The notes beneath the pieces were generated by a model that saw only the letters and a list, made by a program, of their open reading frames with translations, had not been told where the DNA came from and ran no database searches. Positions 27,525-38,845 of a DNA stretch of 64,000 nt are shown here, piece by piece. Both the position numbers and the translations under genes were made by a program. Origin of the DNA: Podarcis pityusensis (taxonomy: Eukaryota); the NCBI GenBank assembly GCA_964106645.2, contig OZ067043.1; one strand, 5' to 3'. Numbering within the stretch: position 1 is the first letter of the stretch; the number at the start of each line of letters is the position of its first letter.

Positions 27525-27825
27525 GAAGCTGCCTTATACTGAGTTGAGACAATTGGTCCACCTTTCTCAGTGCTGTCAACATCAGGTGGGGGGAGCCAGT
27601 GGACTTCCAGGTGTTGCTGAACTACAGCTCCCATCAGCATGGGAGCATGGACCATGGGAGTTATAATTCAGGCACATCCAGAGTTCCAAAGGTTCCCCAC
27701 ACCTGGTCTTCTCTGGTGAGCCCTGGCTATCCAGTGTTTCAGACAGGAGTCTTTCCCAGCCCTACTGGAGATGCCAGGATGAGACCTGGGGCCTTCTGCA
27801 TGCAAAGCAGATGCTCTACCACTGA
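27525..27825 (-). mobile_element. Squam3-like SINE interrupted by a small MITE (about 27584-27705)
   Basis: Reverse complement of the head and tail seen at 20285 and 45455 (GAAGCTGCCTTATACTGAGT...ATGCTCTACCACTGA). Confidence 0.65.
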
Positions 27826-28668
27826 ATGCAGCAGGGAAAGGCCCAGCCATAAATAAAGTTATCAAGAACTCTTTGTGGAGAAGATATGTGGGAACCTGAG
27901 AGGCCATCATGAGAAGCTGAGAGCTGGAAGAAATTGTGTATGAGTGTTGTGAGTGCAGGGAGCTGGCAAGTGATTTGTGGTTGATGAGGGAAAATGTCAG
28001 AATTTGGATCCTTTCAGTTATAAAAATCTTCTGTTCCCATACAGTTCCTTTCCTCCACCCACCCCACCATACAAAGAATCTAAAGCCGATTCCAACATAA
28101 TATTTTGCTCTCACATATTTTGTTTTGAAGTGATCCCAGGAGCTCCTACACATGGAGAGTATTGCCTGGGAATTATAGCTTTTGCTTGATGTACTGTGAA
28201 AGGTTTCTTAGCCTCCTGCCCAGTGCTGTAAAAAAACCAACAACCGAAAATATAAAACAGTATGTGGGAAAAGACCTCTAGCATATTTGGATGAAAACGA
28301 AAAACTTATAAAACTGTGTTGCAAAAACTTAAATTTAAAGCGTAGGTCTATAGGAATGAAAACAATAATCACCTGACAAACAATTTTCACTTAAAAGTAA
28401 ATAACTCTTCCAATGAATTATTCTATTTGACAAAGAGAGATAATCAAATCCATACCAAGGTGACATATGGATCTTTTTATCCTTTCAAACAGTGGTAGCA
28501 ATGTGGTGCTGAATTCCAACACCAGATATTGTTGAACTTCAGCTCCCATCAGCCCTAGCCATAGTAGCTGATGAGCAAGAATGATGGGAATTGTAGTCCA
28601 ACAAAAAATCTAGAGGGCATCTGGTTGCCTATCTAATGCAACTTTAAAGAAAACCAAACTTTAACCTT

Positions 28669-28822
28669 CAGGTAGGTGGCCGTGTTGGTCTGATGCAGTC
28701 GAAATAAATTTAAAAAATTGTCCAGTAGCACCTTAGAGACCAACTAAGTTTGTTATGGGTACAGTATAAGCTTTCGTGTGCATGCACACTTCTTCAGATA
28801 CTTTCAGATACCTTCTTCAGAT
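28669..28822 (-). mobile_element. Penelope-like element short terminal fragment
   Basis: 11-bp TSD ACTTTAACCTT at 28658-28668 and 28823-28833. Homologous to 45493-45699 and carries a hammerhead motif. Confidence 0.7.
28763..28802 (-). ncRNA. minimal type I hammerhead ribozyme motif (PLE-associated)
   Basis: Minus strand reads AGUAU-CUGAAGA-A-GUGUG(CAUG)CACAC-GAAA-GC-UU-AUACU. It has the CUGANGA and GAAA cores, stem II, a 5-bp stem I and a palindromic AGCU in place of stem III. Confidence 0.65.
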
Positions 28823-30489
28823 ACTTTAACCTTGTTCTCATATAATCTTTTCTTTAATGATTGGTCCATCAAAAAATGGGCAAAAACTAAAATTAAAAAG
28901 AACCACACCACTGATCATTTATAGAGTAAAATTAAAACAAAATGAATATTCTCAGATCCAGAGTTCCTAACATTTAGTGGCGCCTTTATTTAGCTGCTTT
29001 GTAGCATTACAGGAAAGAAATGCTTTTGAAATGGGGTAGAGCGAATTTGGACAGGAAGCTAGTGGGTTCCTGGTTTAGCTTTCTATCTTTCCTGCTGTCA
29101 TACCCATGGGGATAAGATGCTGGTTCCACTTTTCTCTGTGTGCTGTGCATATGCATAAGCAACCAACATGGACTCGTCTGAGGGAATGTGTTGCTTAGCA
29201 TTATTTACTCCTGTGATGCATTGATACCATGAGAAAAATCTTCTAAACCTAAGCTAGGAGACTTGTTTTTGCTGTATTATTGCAATGCTTCATTTTAATT
29301 TAAACTGCTTTTAAAGACCAAGCTGAAAGGTGCTTAAATACAACAACTCTTAAATAAAACCTACAAAAATGCTACTGTTTTTGGTTCTACACAAAAATCC
29401 CAGTTTCCTAACTGTGAAGCACATGAATAGCTTTGAAGTTTTAGAGAATAACTGGAAAGGTCCTACTTATTTGAAATGTTTTCCTTCAGTAAAAGAATAA
29501 TTTACAACCAAACTATGAAAGACAAAAATTATCAGTTGCATGTTTGGCAACTGATAAAAGCATCATGTGCCACATTGCTCTTGTTTAATGGCTTGTACTC
29601 TGTCCTTCTGCATATACACTTTCTGTGGCCTCTTCACCTGTGTCTGGTCTGGGAAGATGCAGACACACAGCAAAAAATGCTAAAGAATTCAGTCCATATT
29701 ATTATTGGCTATACACTAAAGAGGTTGTTTAATTCTTGAATTTGTAATGCTTATTTACACATTTATTTTTGAGAAATTATTATCCATCGGAGTGGTTCCC
29801 AGTGGATTTATATGTTATATCTTTTGACAATATCAGGAGAGATGTGATTCCTCAGGTTTATGTCCTTCACCCTTCCTAGTGTAAAGAACAAGGTAGGAAA
29901 TGGACTGCTTTTAACGAAAGGGCTGGTGCAATGATGTTTTTATCGTAAAGCTATTTGTATGTTTTAAACATATTTTATATGCATATAATTTCAATTCTAT
30001 TAATGTTTAATTGGTTTTTAAGTATAGTTTTTTCTGTGTTTTAGCGATTCTTGTTTTTATCTGTAAACCGCCTTGAGTCCCATCAGGAGAAAAGGCAGAG
30101 AATGAATGAATGAATGAATGAATGCCACTAGTCAGAGCTACACCATGAGAAACAAGCCAAATGATTCCTTCGGAAAGACAACAGGAGGCCTTTTCAAACA
30201 ACTGTTAATGATAGTCTTTGTGCAGTTCTGATAACATTTATTTTATGCTGTCTCCTGTTGGTTTTATCTGTTCTAATACTACCACATTGTGGCTGATATA
30301 ATTTTGTTAATATAATTGTTTTAACTTTCACTAAACACTGCTCTGGAAACTTCCGGGTTTAAAAAGCTGCCTATAAATTGAAATAAACAAACAAAGACAA
30401 TGGATGTGGGTGGGAGACAGAGTTGTGAACAAAGTAGGCAATTTTTTTAATTTAATTTTTCACCCCATCTTTTCTACAAAGAGCTCATA

Positions 30490-30655
30490 AGGCATATATA
30501 TATATATTCTTCCATTTTGTCTTCACAACCATGGTGAGGTGGATTAGGCTGAGACAGTGGCTTGGTCAACATCATCCAGTAAACTTCATGGCTGAGTAAG
30601 GATTTGAACTCTGCCCTAAGTCCTAACCTCTACTCATTGCATCATGGTAGCTCTA
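30490..30655 (-). mobile_element. old MIR/Ther1-like SINE fragment
   Basis: TCTTCACAAC..GTGAGGT..ATTAGGCTGAGA..GGATTTGAAC, resembling the CORE-SINE reverse strand. Confidence 0.5.
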
Positions 30656-33600
30656 AGTGATACCTTACAGCAGGTGTTCTCTTCTGTGTTGTAATTAGCT
30701 AGTAGTGACAGCATTTTTACCTGTCACTTGAAAACATTTTTCTGTTAATATTTTCCTTAAAAAAGAGAGAGGATATATTGAGCATTCATTCTTTGCTCAA
30801 TTTCATGTCTCTTTTATTTTTTTAAAAAAAATACTTTCCCATTGTGGAGAGCATGTCCTCAGGCAAAGTTCACCAGTTCCTTTTATATAATATGGGGACA
30901 GAACTGTCATAAGTGGAAAGGCCCATTGAAACAGCCCAGAATTCAATGAACTGCACTCATTATGGACGAAAAACACCTGATGTGACGGTTTGGAGAAATG
31001 CTACAAATCTGTGGAGAAACTCAGGGGAATGTTCTCAAACATTCTTGATCTTTTTTACTGGCAGATTTGGCTATTTCATCTTTATCCCATCTCAGAGCTA
31101 GACTCATTATGAACATGAAAACTTTGTGACGGCAGCAACAGCCTGGGGATCAATACCAGTGGCAGCTTATTTCTTCCAGAGACGGCCTGCATTTATGAGG
31201 AACAAACATTCCTCTCCAATCAATGAAGTCTGAAAACCTTTCTCAGTAAACAGTGGGTAGCAATTAAATGTGAAAGGTCAATTATCATCCTTCCCTAAAA
31301 CTTGCCTGTGCAAACGCCTTTCCTAAAATCTGCTTGTTTTTCTGAAAACAGATTGATTTTTCCCTCAGCAAAAACATGTAATAATTTCTCAAGGAGAATT
31401 TACAATAAGCCTGCGTTGCAACTCTACAAACACGACAGCAATTACAAGATAATTCCCTGGCTTTTCCACACTACCTGTGGGTTAATAACAGCAGCCAGAC
31501 AGCTGGATCTTTTAAAATAAACTAGTATGGGTAAGAATCTTAGCAAGAGCTGAGGTTTCCAAGCAGATATTGACCCAAGATCCCATAGAAACGAAATATC
31601 TACCTGGGCTCATTGCCTAACTGATGTGTCCATGGGAATAAATGGCCTTTCATTGAAGGGGAGAGGTAGGTAATGCAATTCTAACTGATTTAAGCAGGAT
31701 TAGTCAAAGTGGTGCCCACCAGCCAACATGGTGTCAGCATCAGCCAGCATTGACTTAGGGTCAAGGGTGGTAGGGCCAAATGGGTGATAGGGGCCAAATG
31801 AAGCCCTTCATGCCTCTCTATCTGGCCCTTGAGACTCTCCCTAGGCTATAATCCCTCCACAGACCACACCTCTTCCTGCTCTCTGCCCTCCTTGAATGGA
31901 ATGTGTTCTTGAACGGTGAGAATACCTTGTGCTTGTCTTGACAGAAGATGGCAAGAGATGTGTGTGCACTGTGTAGAAAACCAGTTCCATACACTTGCCA
32001 TGCCCACTTATTGTACCTGCCCCCGTTGTTGTTTTTAACGATCTGACATTTTCCTAGGTAGTCTAGAAGCTTTCATAGTTATAAACAAACCTTATCTTTC
32101 TTATTTAGCTATATTTCAAAACTGTATTAGAGTATAATAAAATTTATGTTTGAAAATACCTAAAAACCACCAATCACAGGGTGAAGTTTTTATTGTCCTA
32201 AGCGCTCTGCAGAGCCAAACAGGAAGGGCATATGGATTAACACCAAAATGGCTTTCAGTGATTCACAGATATGGTCCTCTTGGCTGACCCCTATAACTAT
32301 AGTGTTTTGCTACTAGACGAGTCTTAAATTAATGGGCCATAGCTGGCTTTGTGTTTTATTTGGGAAACCTGATGTGAGTGGGTGACAATTAATTCTGTGG
32401 AGGGCAAACCTACAATTGGCATGTACATTAACATTAACATGTTAGTTGTGTAAGTTAAGAGGCTGTGGGAATGAGGGATCTTATGCTCTTACTCATGCCC
32501 CGCTCCCTGCTTTTAAGTACAAAAACAGGAAGACTATTAAATTCTTAGGGCAGAAACAGTGCCTTGAATTTATGATGTGGGTGGTATACACCATGGGGTG
32601 TTTTTATAATATTGGCTATGTAATGTCAACATGTTCCATGCAAATATCAATGAATGAATATGTGGGGCAGCTCCAGGAGCAGTTTGGTGTGAGTACCAAA
32701 GCAGAGGGTGTGTTAGCTGCAGGAAACTGCACTTGACATTTACCAAATCAATGGGATTAATGATGTGGCTGTCAAGGAGATACGTTATGCGATGATGATA
32801 TCATATTTTTATTTTGCTGGTATGTATGAACTTAAAAGTCAACATGACTTCATGTTTTTGCACAATCTGGGTTTTGTGTGTGTGAAAACTTCCTTGTAGA
32901 AGAACTGTGGTCCCATCTCAGACTTCTGACCTTACGTATAATTTGTTTGAAGTGCTGAATTTCTGAAAAGTAAGATGCCCAAGCCCTTCTGGTCTGAACA
33001 CTCTGTTCCTTAATCCTGAATGTGTGGAGATAGACTGTGATTACCCAGCAGTCAGAGAAAGGCACTCTGTGCATGCTCATATTGTTTTTTTTCTTTAGTA
33101 TTACTTTGTGTGTTCCAGGACACAGCCCTTATACTGAAACTAAAACCTGATTCTGAACCTTTGCATTAATCAACTCTTGCTTGTATAATACACTGGGATA
33201 TTTATTAAAACAGGTGGGGAGGGGGGAGTAGCATAAAAATGTCATACAAAAATGTCATACAGGCTCTGCTTCCTGAAGTTTACCCTGCACGACATTCCTC
33301 TCAGAAATGGATTTGTATGTTTTAGAATCATAGCATTCTTACTAAGAGAAAAAAATGCATTCTAATTGTCTCATCATATGGACAAAAATTGGGGGGGGGG
33401 GGGGAGTTGCCACAATTTGTCACGTGGATAATTAATGTATACTATATTCAATTATTTAAAAATGATCCATTTGCTGTTATTGAAAATAAGCTAACCTTGT
33501 TGAGCCACAGAGAAACCAGAAAGCAAGGTTGTGAGTAAACTCTGCTTTCCAAATATCAGCCAATGCAGGAATCTGGTTTCTTGCATTGGGAGAGATTTGG

Positions 33601-34288
33601 AGTAGATGATGTTTTAAGGTCCTTTCCATGATTCTAAGCAAACAAGCAAAACCAAAACTGTTAAGGGGGCTTTAAAATTGCTTAGTAAGAAACTGTCCAA
33701 AATAATTCAAAAAAAATTGGAAATATACTGCCTGCCTGCAGTATATTGAGCCATCTGGGTCAGAGACAAGGAGTGCAAATTATGTGGCAGCTGTCTAACT
33801 TTCACTGTCACCACAAACTAGTGCCAGGACTAATGATTTTAGGAAATGCATTGAGGATGAAGGTTTAACTATCACCACAGATAGTCAGTGAATTAGTGTG
33901 GTGTTAACCTAAATGGAAGGTGTGAGTCATAGGACAAGGAGCTGACTAACATGGCTTTCATATATTTCAGTCCAGGGATTTTGTGATTGTAATCCTATGT
34001 CACCTACTTGAAAAGTACACTCAATAGTAATGAGAATTTAACTGGTTAGGTAAAACCCTGTTCAGTTGTTCTCCGTGCATACAAAATATGTGTGAAGAAG
34101 AGAGCAATAGGACCATGGTGCGGGTTCTGCCTGTGACATTATGCAAGGAACTAGTCCCAACCCCTGGACATTTGCACCCAAGTGCAGATAGTCCTATGGG
34201 ATCCTTTATGTATAGCTTCTACGCAGTGCTATTTTTATCGAAAAAGAGGTGCCAGAACTCACCATGAACTGATTGTTCTCTTATAATG

Positions 34289-36929
34289 TGGCAACCTAAA
34301 AGTAACACGACAGGCTAATAATTTGATTACAACACTTTATATAGCTACTAAATCGTACCTTCATTCAGAGTCAAGTGGCATACAATATATACAAGGTAAC
34401 ACCAACTAATGTGACTTCAGAGAATTTCCCAAAGTAGGGAATTTTTTCAATGGTGTATCAAACAGAGAACGATTCAAGCTTGAGGCGACATGCCTTCCAA
34501 AATAGGTATAAAGTCCCAACCACAACACGGATGCACCTGGTTATATTCACAACTTATTCATATATTTAGCAGTGAACACGCTGAAAGAAGTTGGTGCTCC
34601 ACAGGTTGGGAATTTATACTTATTTTGGTGTTACCTTGTATATGTTGTATGCCATTTGACTCTGAATGAAGATACAATTTAGTAGCTATAATAAAGTGTC
34701 GTAATCAAATTATTTTTATTTTTTATTTTTTAAAAATGATATTTATTAAGAGTTTAAGAATTACAGAAAAAAGAAAAAAGAAAACAACAAAAAAATTAAC
34801 AAAGCATACATTACAATACATAAAGAGAAAAGCATAAAAAACAATACAACAATACAGCAAAAAAAAACCACAATAACATTAAAACACACATCCAATGTTC
34901 CATATCTTTATCTTTCACTTACTTGTTTCATCGACCTCCTCACCACCTCCCTTTTTGTATTCTAATTTAATTAATTATTTCAGCAAATTCTTTCCATCTT
35001 TCTCAATTTTTGTTATATAATGTATCTTAACGATCTAACCTTTAAATTAACTCAACAAATCCTTTCCATCTTTCACTATATTCTGTCATTCAATTTACCT
35101 TAATTTATTTAACCTTCTCTTGCCATAAAAAAAACCTTAAAACTTAAAACTTAATGTACATAACTCCTTATATCATTTCTACTAAAGCCAAATACTTTCA
35201 TTCCAACGTTTTTCCTAATACTCATTAATTTTACACTAATTCTCAAAATAATTTTTTTAAAAACTTTCTTCCAATCTTCATCCAACGTCTCTTCTTCCTG
35301 GTCTCAGGTTTTGTCAGTCCTTCTTGTTCATTCCATCTAGTCCATCAACCTGGTGATCTTATATCCGAGGCTCTTAAGTCTTTTCCATGTCCCTTCTGCA
35401 GATCTTCTTCTTGTTTATACCTGGACTTTACTTTATCTTTTGTTGATCTTTTTCTTAATTTCTTTCCTTTCTCCTTGGGGGGTAGGTCTCAGGAGGACTC
35501 CAATCCAAAAATATCTCCATCTCTCCTCAGCAGATCAGCCCATTCCCCACAGTCCCATTCCCCAGAGTCAACACTGTAATCCAGAAAGTATTTAAAAGCA
35601 TGTTTCAAAGTCCTTCCAAAATTAAGAGCCCTCACAACTCCAGACCCCCCCTGGTCTACTCCAGATTCAAACTTCAAAAACAGCAGCTTATGCTCCTGCA
35701 AGGCCTCGGATCTCTCCATTTGTGTTACTTGAGGTTCAACAGCAACCTCCTCCATTATCTTCTGCACTTGCGCTTGCCCTGTCAAAACAAGTCCCTGGGC
35801 TGGTTCCTGAATGGTTTCTATATGAGTATTCGCCGTTTGTCCAAAGTTTTTAACTGCAACAGTCATCAAATCCATCTTCTCATGCATCTGCTCCAGCAAA
35901 GCACTTGTCTTGCAAAAAGCAAGCACCAAGACTTCTTGTAAACACATTTTTATTCAAGGTCAGAGTCTGGTCTCACGATCCTAATCTTACAGCTGTGAAC
36001 TCCCCAGATCGACTCCGGCAACAAATTAACAAGCTCCCTCTAGAGGAGACAATTTCTATTTGTATCCATCTTTTGAAAGCAGGACCAACAAAGAAAAATT
36101 ACTTTCCTTTTTCAAATACTTTGTTTCTTTGAATGCAAGAAGCAACATTGGAGTCAATTTGTTTCTCTTTTTTTTACTATCTGTCAAAAGATGTTCCATT
36201 CACAGTCGATGAACTTCCCCGTAAATTTCTGTCTCTGACACCCCGTTCCCAGGTTTGAGACGGTGGAAATTTATCTTTCTTTACTCTCTCTCCTGCAGGC
36301 TTAAACAGTCAAAAATTCCCCCCCTTTCTCCTGCTTCCAAGAGGGGTTTTGGTGGTAATAACTGAAGGAAATTTAGACATTTATATACGACTTTCCAGAC
36401 TTTAGCTTACAAAGTTTTTGCTTCAATCTATTTACAAAAAGCGGGAGGCGTACTTCCTGTTTAGAACCTTCCCGCTTCAGTGCCAAATTAAAATGTTTCT
36501 TAATCCAATTTTCCGTTCTACTCACGGGTACTTGTTTAGAGTCCAATTGTCCACAGGAAAAAGTCAGCGCTCTCCGGCAACGGCTGTGCGGCTTCACTCC
36601 GTAAAAGTAGTGGTTGATTCAAAACACCACGCCACTCACCCCACGTCGCTTCGGATCCCCGAAAAAGGGTTTCCCTGCGAGTAGGGGAGGCGCTCCTGGT
36701 GTCAGCCGAATCCCACGTTCCCAGGCTTCCTCCGCCTGGGATTTTTAGAGGGTCTCCGCCTTCGCCGCGGCGGCAAGACCCGATTTTCACGGAGCGGGTT
36801 CCTCTCAGTCAGAGGAACTCCGCCATTGCCGGTGGCGCTAACCCGGAAGTTTTCGTAATCAAATTATTAGCCTGTCGTGTTGCTTTTAGATTGCCAGATT
36901 TTTCTGTTTGCAACACGGGGGATCTTTGC
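34289..36929. mobile_element. unclassified insertion with a ~117-bp inverted duplication (possibly Penelope-like), itself split by an L1
   Basis: 15-bp TSD TGTTCTCTTATAATG at 34274-34288 and 36930-36944. The arm at 34289-34405 is the reverse complement of 34625-34714 plus 36869-36896. Confidence 0.65.
34715..36852 (-). mobile_element. non-autonomous, internally deleted L1-clade LINE (~2.1 kb)
   Basis: 16-bp TSD TCGTAATCAAATTATT at 34699-34714 and 36853-36868. CpG-rich 5' end ACTTCCGG...CAATGGCGG, ORF2 C-terminal remnant DQEEETLDEDWKK at about 35263-35303, then AATAAA and a poly(A) tail. Confidence 0.8.
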
Positions 36930-37056
36930 TGTTCTCTTATAATGGCAGTGGCACCCACCTGAGAGGTGTCGGAACTGAGTTCCAGCGAGTTCCAGCTGAA
37001 AAAAGCCCTGCTTCTATGCATGGAATACAACTGAACAACTTAAATATATGTTAGAT

Positions 37057-37331
37057 CAGGGGTTGGCGACGTTTTTTGAGGCCGGGCCGATCCACTCCCC
37101 GTAGACCTCTTGGTGGGCCGGAGCATACATGCCTCTGCGCACCTGCGCATGCACACATGCTATTTATGGGGCTCTTCCGACCCGGAAGTTGGTCCCTGCA
37201 ATGAGAAAAGAAATGGCACCACGGAGGGGGGGAGCACAAAATCCCCACGCCGATCCACGGAACAGCTGTGGGCCGGTCCAGGAAGCTCATGGGCCGGAAC
37301 TGGCTCATGGGTCTTAGGTTGCCGACCTCTG
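37057..37331. mobile_element. hAT-type MITE
   Basis: TIRs CAGGGGTTGGCGAC / GTTGCCGACCTCTG. Perfect 8-bp TSD TGTTAGAT. Confidence 0.88.
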
Positions 37332-37862
37332 TGTTAGATCTCTCCCTCCTGCAACTCTCTTTTAGTGAATGGCTAAAATAGGGGTAAGGAAAGTAGATGA
37401 AGTAATGCAGTGGAGTACTTATGTTTAGGGATGAGACAGGGGCTTATTTATTTAGGCACAAGCCCCCAGTGGAAGATCAGCTCAATGTCCCAGTAATCAA
37501 ACATCCTGAACATTTCAAGAATATTTTGCTTCTGATCCACATTAATTTTCTTCATTATACAGTGACCTAGAGACATCATTGTCATATCTGATGAGCTTGA
37601 GGTTTAATTGTAGCAATTTTGCCTCTTCTCTTACCTTAATAAAATAATGAAGCATGATTCTTCTTTCAAAAACTGGGATAAGACCTGGCATTTTTTAAAC
37701 ACACTTGACAAGGATTTGAAATGTGTGCACCTTAAACCCATCTTGAAGACACTAGCTTCACTTGTTATTTTTTAATTATCTTTCACTCTGTCCTCCTTAA
37801 TTTGGGATATTTATACCTGTCACTGAGCTGTGCCAGCTAAAAGAAAAAAGGAGTATAAATCA

Positions 37863-37864
<2 letters not shown>

Positions 37865-37897
<33 letters not shown>
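37865..37897. repeat. (CT)n(AT)n microsatellite
   Basis: Direct observation. Confidence 0.9.
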
Positions 37898-38437
37898 AAC
37901 TGAAACAAAATATTATAACAACAGATGTTTCCCCTGCAGTAATAGTTTCCGGTCCTAAACTAAAAATAAAAGCTATTATGCCAGTAAATGAATATAAATT
38001 AAAAAATAATCTACTAAGGAATTTCCTTGCTTATCATGTTTCCATAAAATAAGTGAGATTATCTTCATGGTTATAACCGTATATCCATGATAATGATGTT
38101 TTCTCAGTTGCAGGAAAGTGTATTCTAATTTTCATTAGGGAGTCTCTATGAAAATTAATTTCTAGGTTGAAAAATATAGGATGGCCTACTAAGTATGGGA
38201 AATTCTGCTCATACTTTTCAGGTTCATGTAATTATTATTACTATGGTTTATTGTAAAAAAAATAAAAAAATACAGTGCCCCCCATGTAATTTTGAATCAC
38301 ATAAATTAAACTTGTGTACCCCACCTCACCCCCGAGTTCAAATATAAACCTCCCAGAGATTGGGAAGGGTATTCACATTAATCTACAGCAGTAGAAAATA
38401 GTAGATAACCACAGTAGGTACCACTGCAGTGGGAAGG

Positions 38438-38845
38438 TGAGATGGGACGATGAGCTGCTTGTGTGTAAAATCCTAGTCCCTCAGAGTTTGGTCAAGTTTG
38501 CAAACCTCTGTCTGTAACGGAGCCCCTTAAACATGGCTCCGTCAGTCGCTGGCAGATTCCGACAGTGGTTGCTTTCGGAATCGCTTCCAACATAAAAGCT
38601 CCTTAACGGAAACACGTCTTCTGGACTCTCTGCGTGACAGTTTCCGGCGAGGAGTGGGTGTCCCTACAGGAGGTCCTGAAACCTCCCCACTGTTTTCGCT
38701 GGAAGTGTCTCTGAGCCATCCCTCCAGCTCACTTTCCCTCAGCTCAGCTCCTCTCCCCCTACTGGTTCCCTCTTCAGCTGCTGAGTCTCTCCCAACCTGT
38801 GTGAGCCCTTTCACTTCCCTTCCTTCCGATGGCAGTTCCCTGACA
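38438..38845 (-). repeat. 3' LTR
   Basis: Identical to 43521-43928 except C38827 versus T43910. Confidence 0.97.

Larger units (their letters stand above)
34224..37010. mobile_element. hAT MITE split by two nested insertions
   Basis: Ends CAGTGCTATTTTT / AAAAAAGCCCTG with an 8-bp TSD CTTCTACG / CTTCTATG. An uninterrupted relative lies at 60059-60170. Confidence 0.8.
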
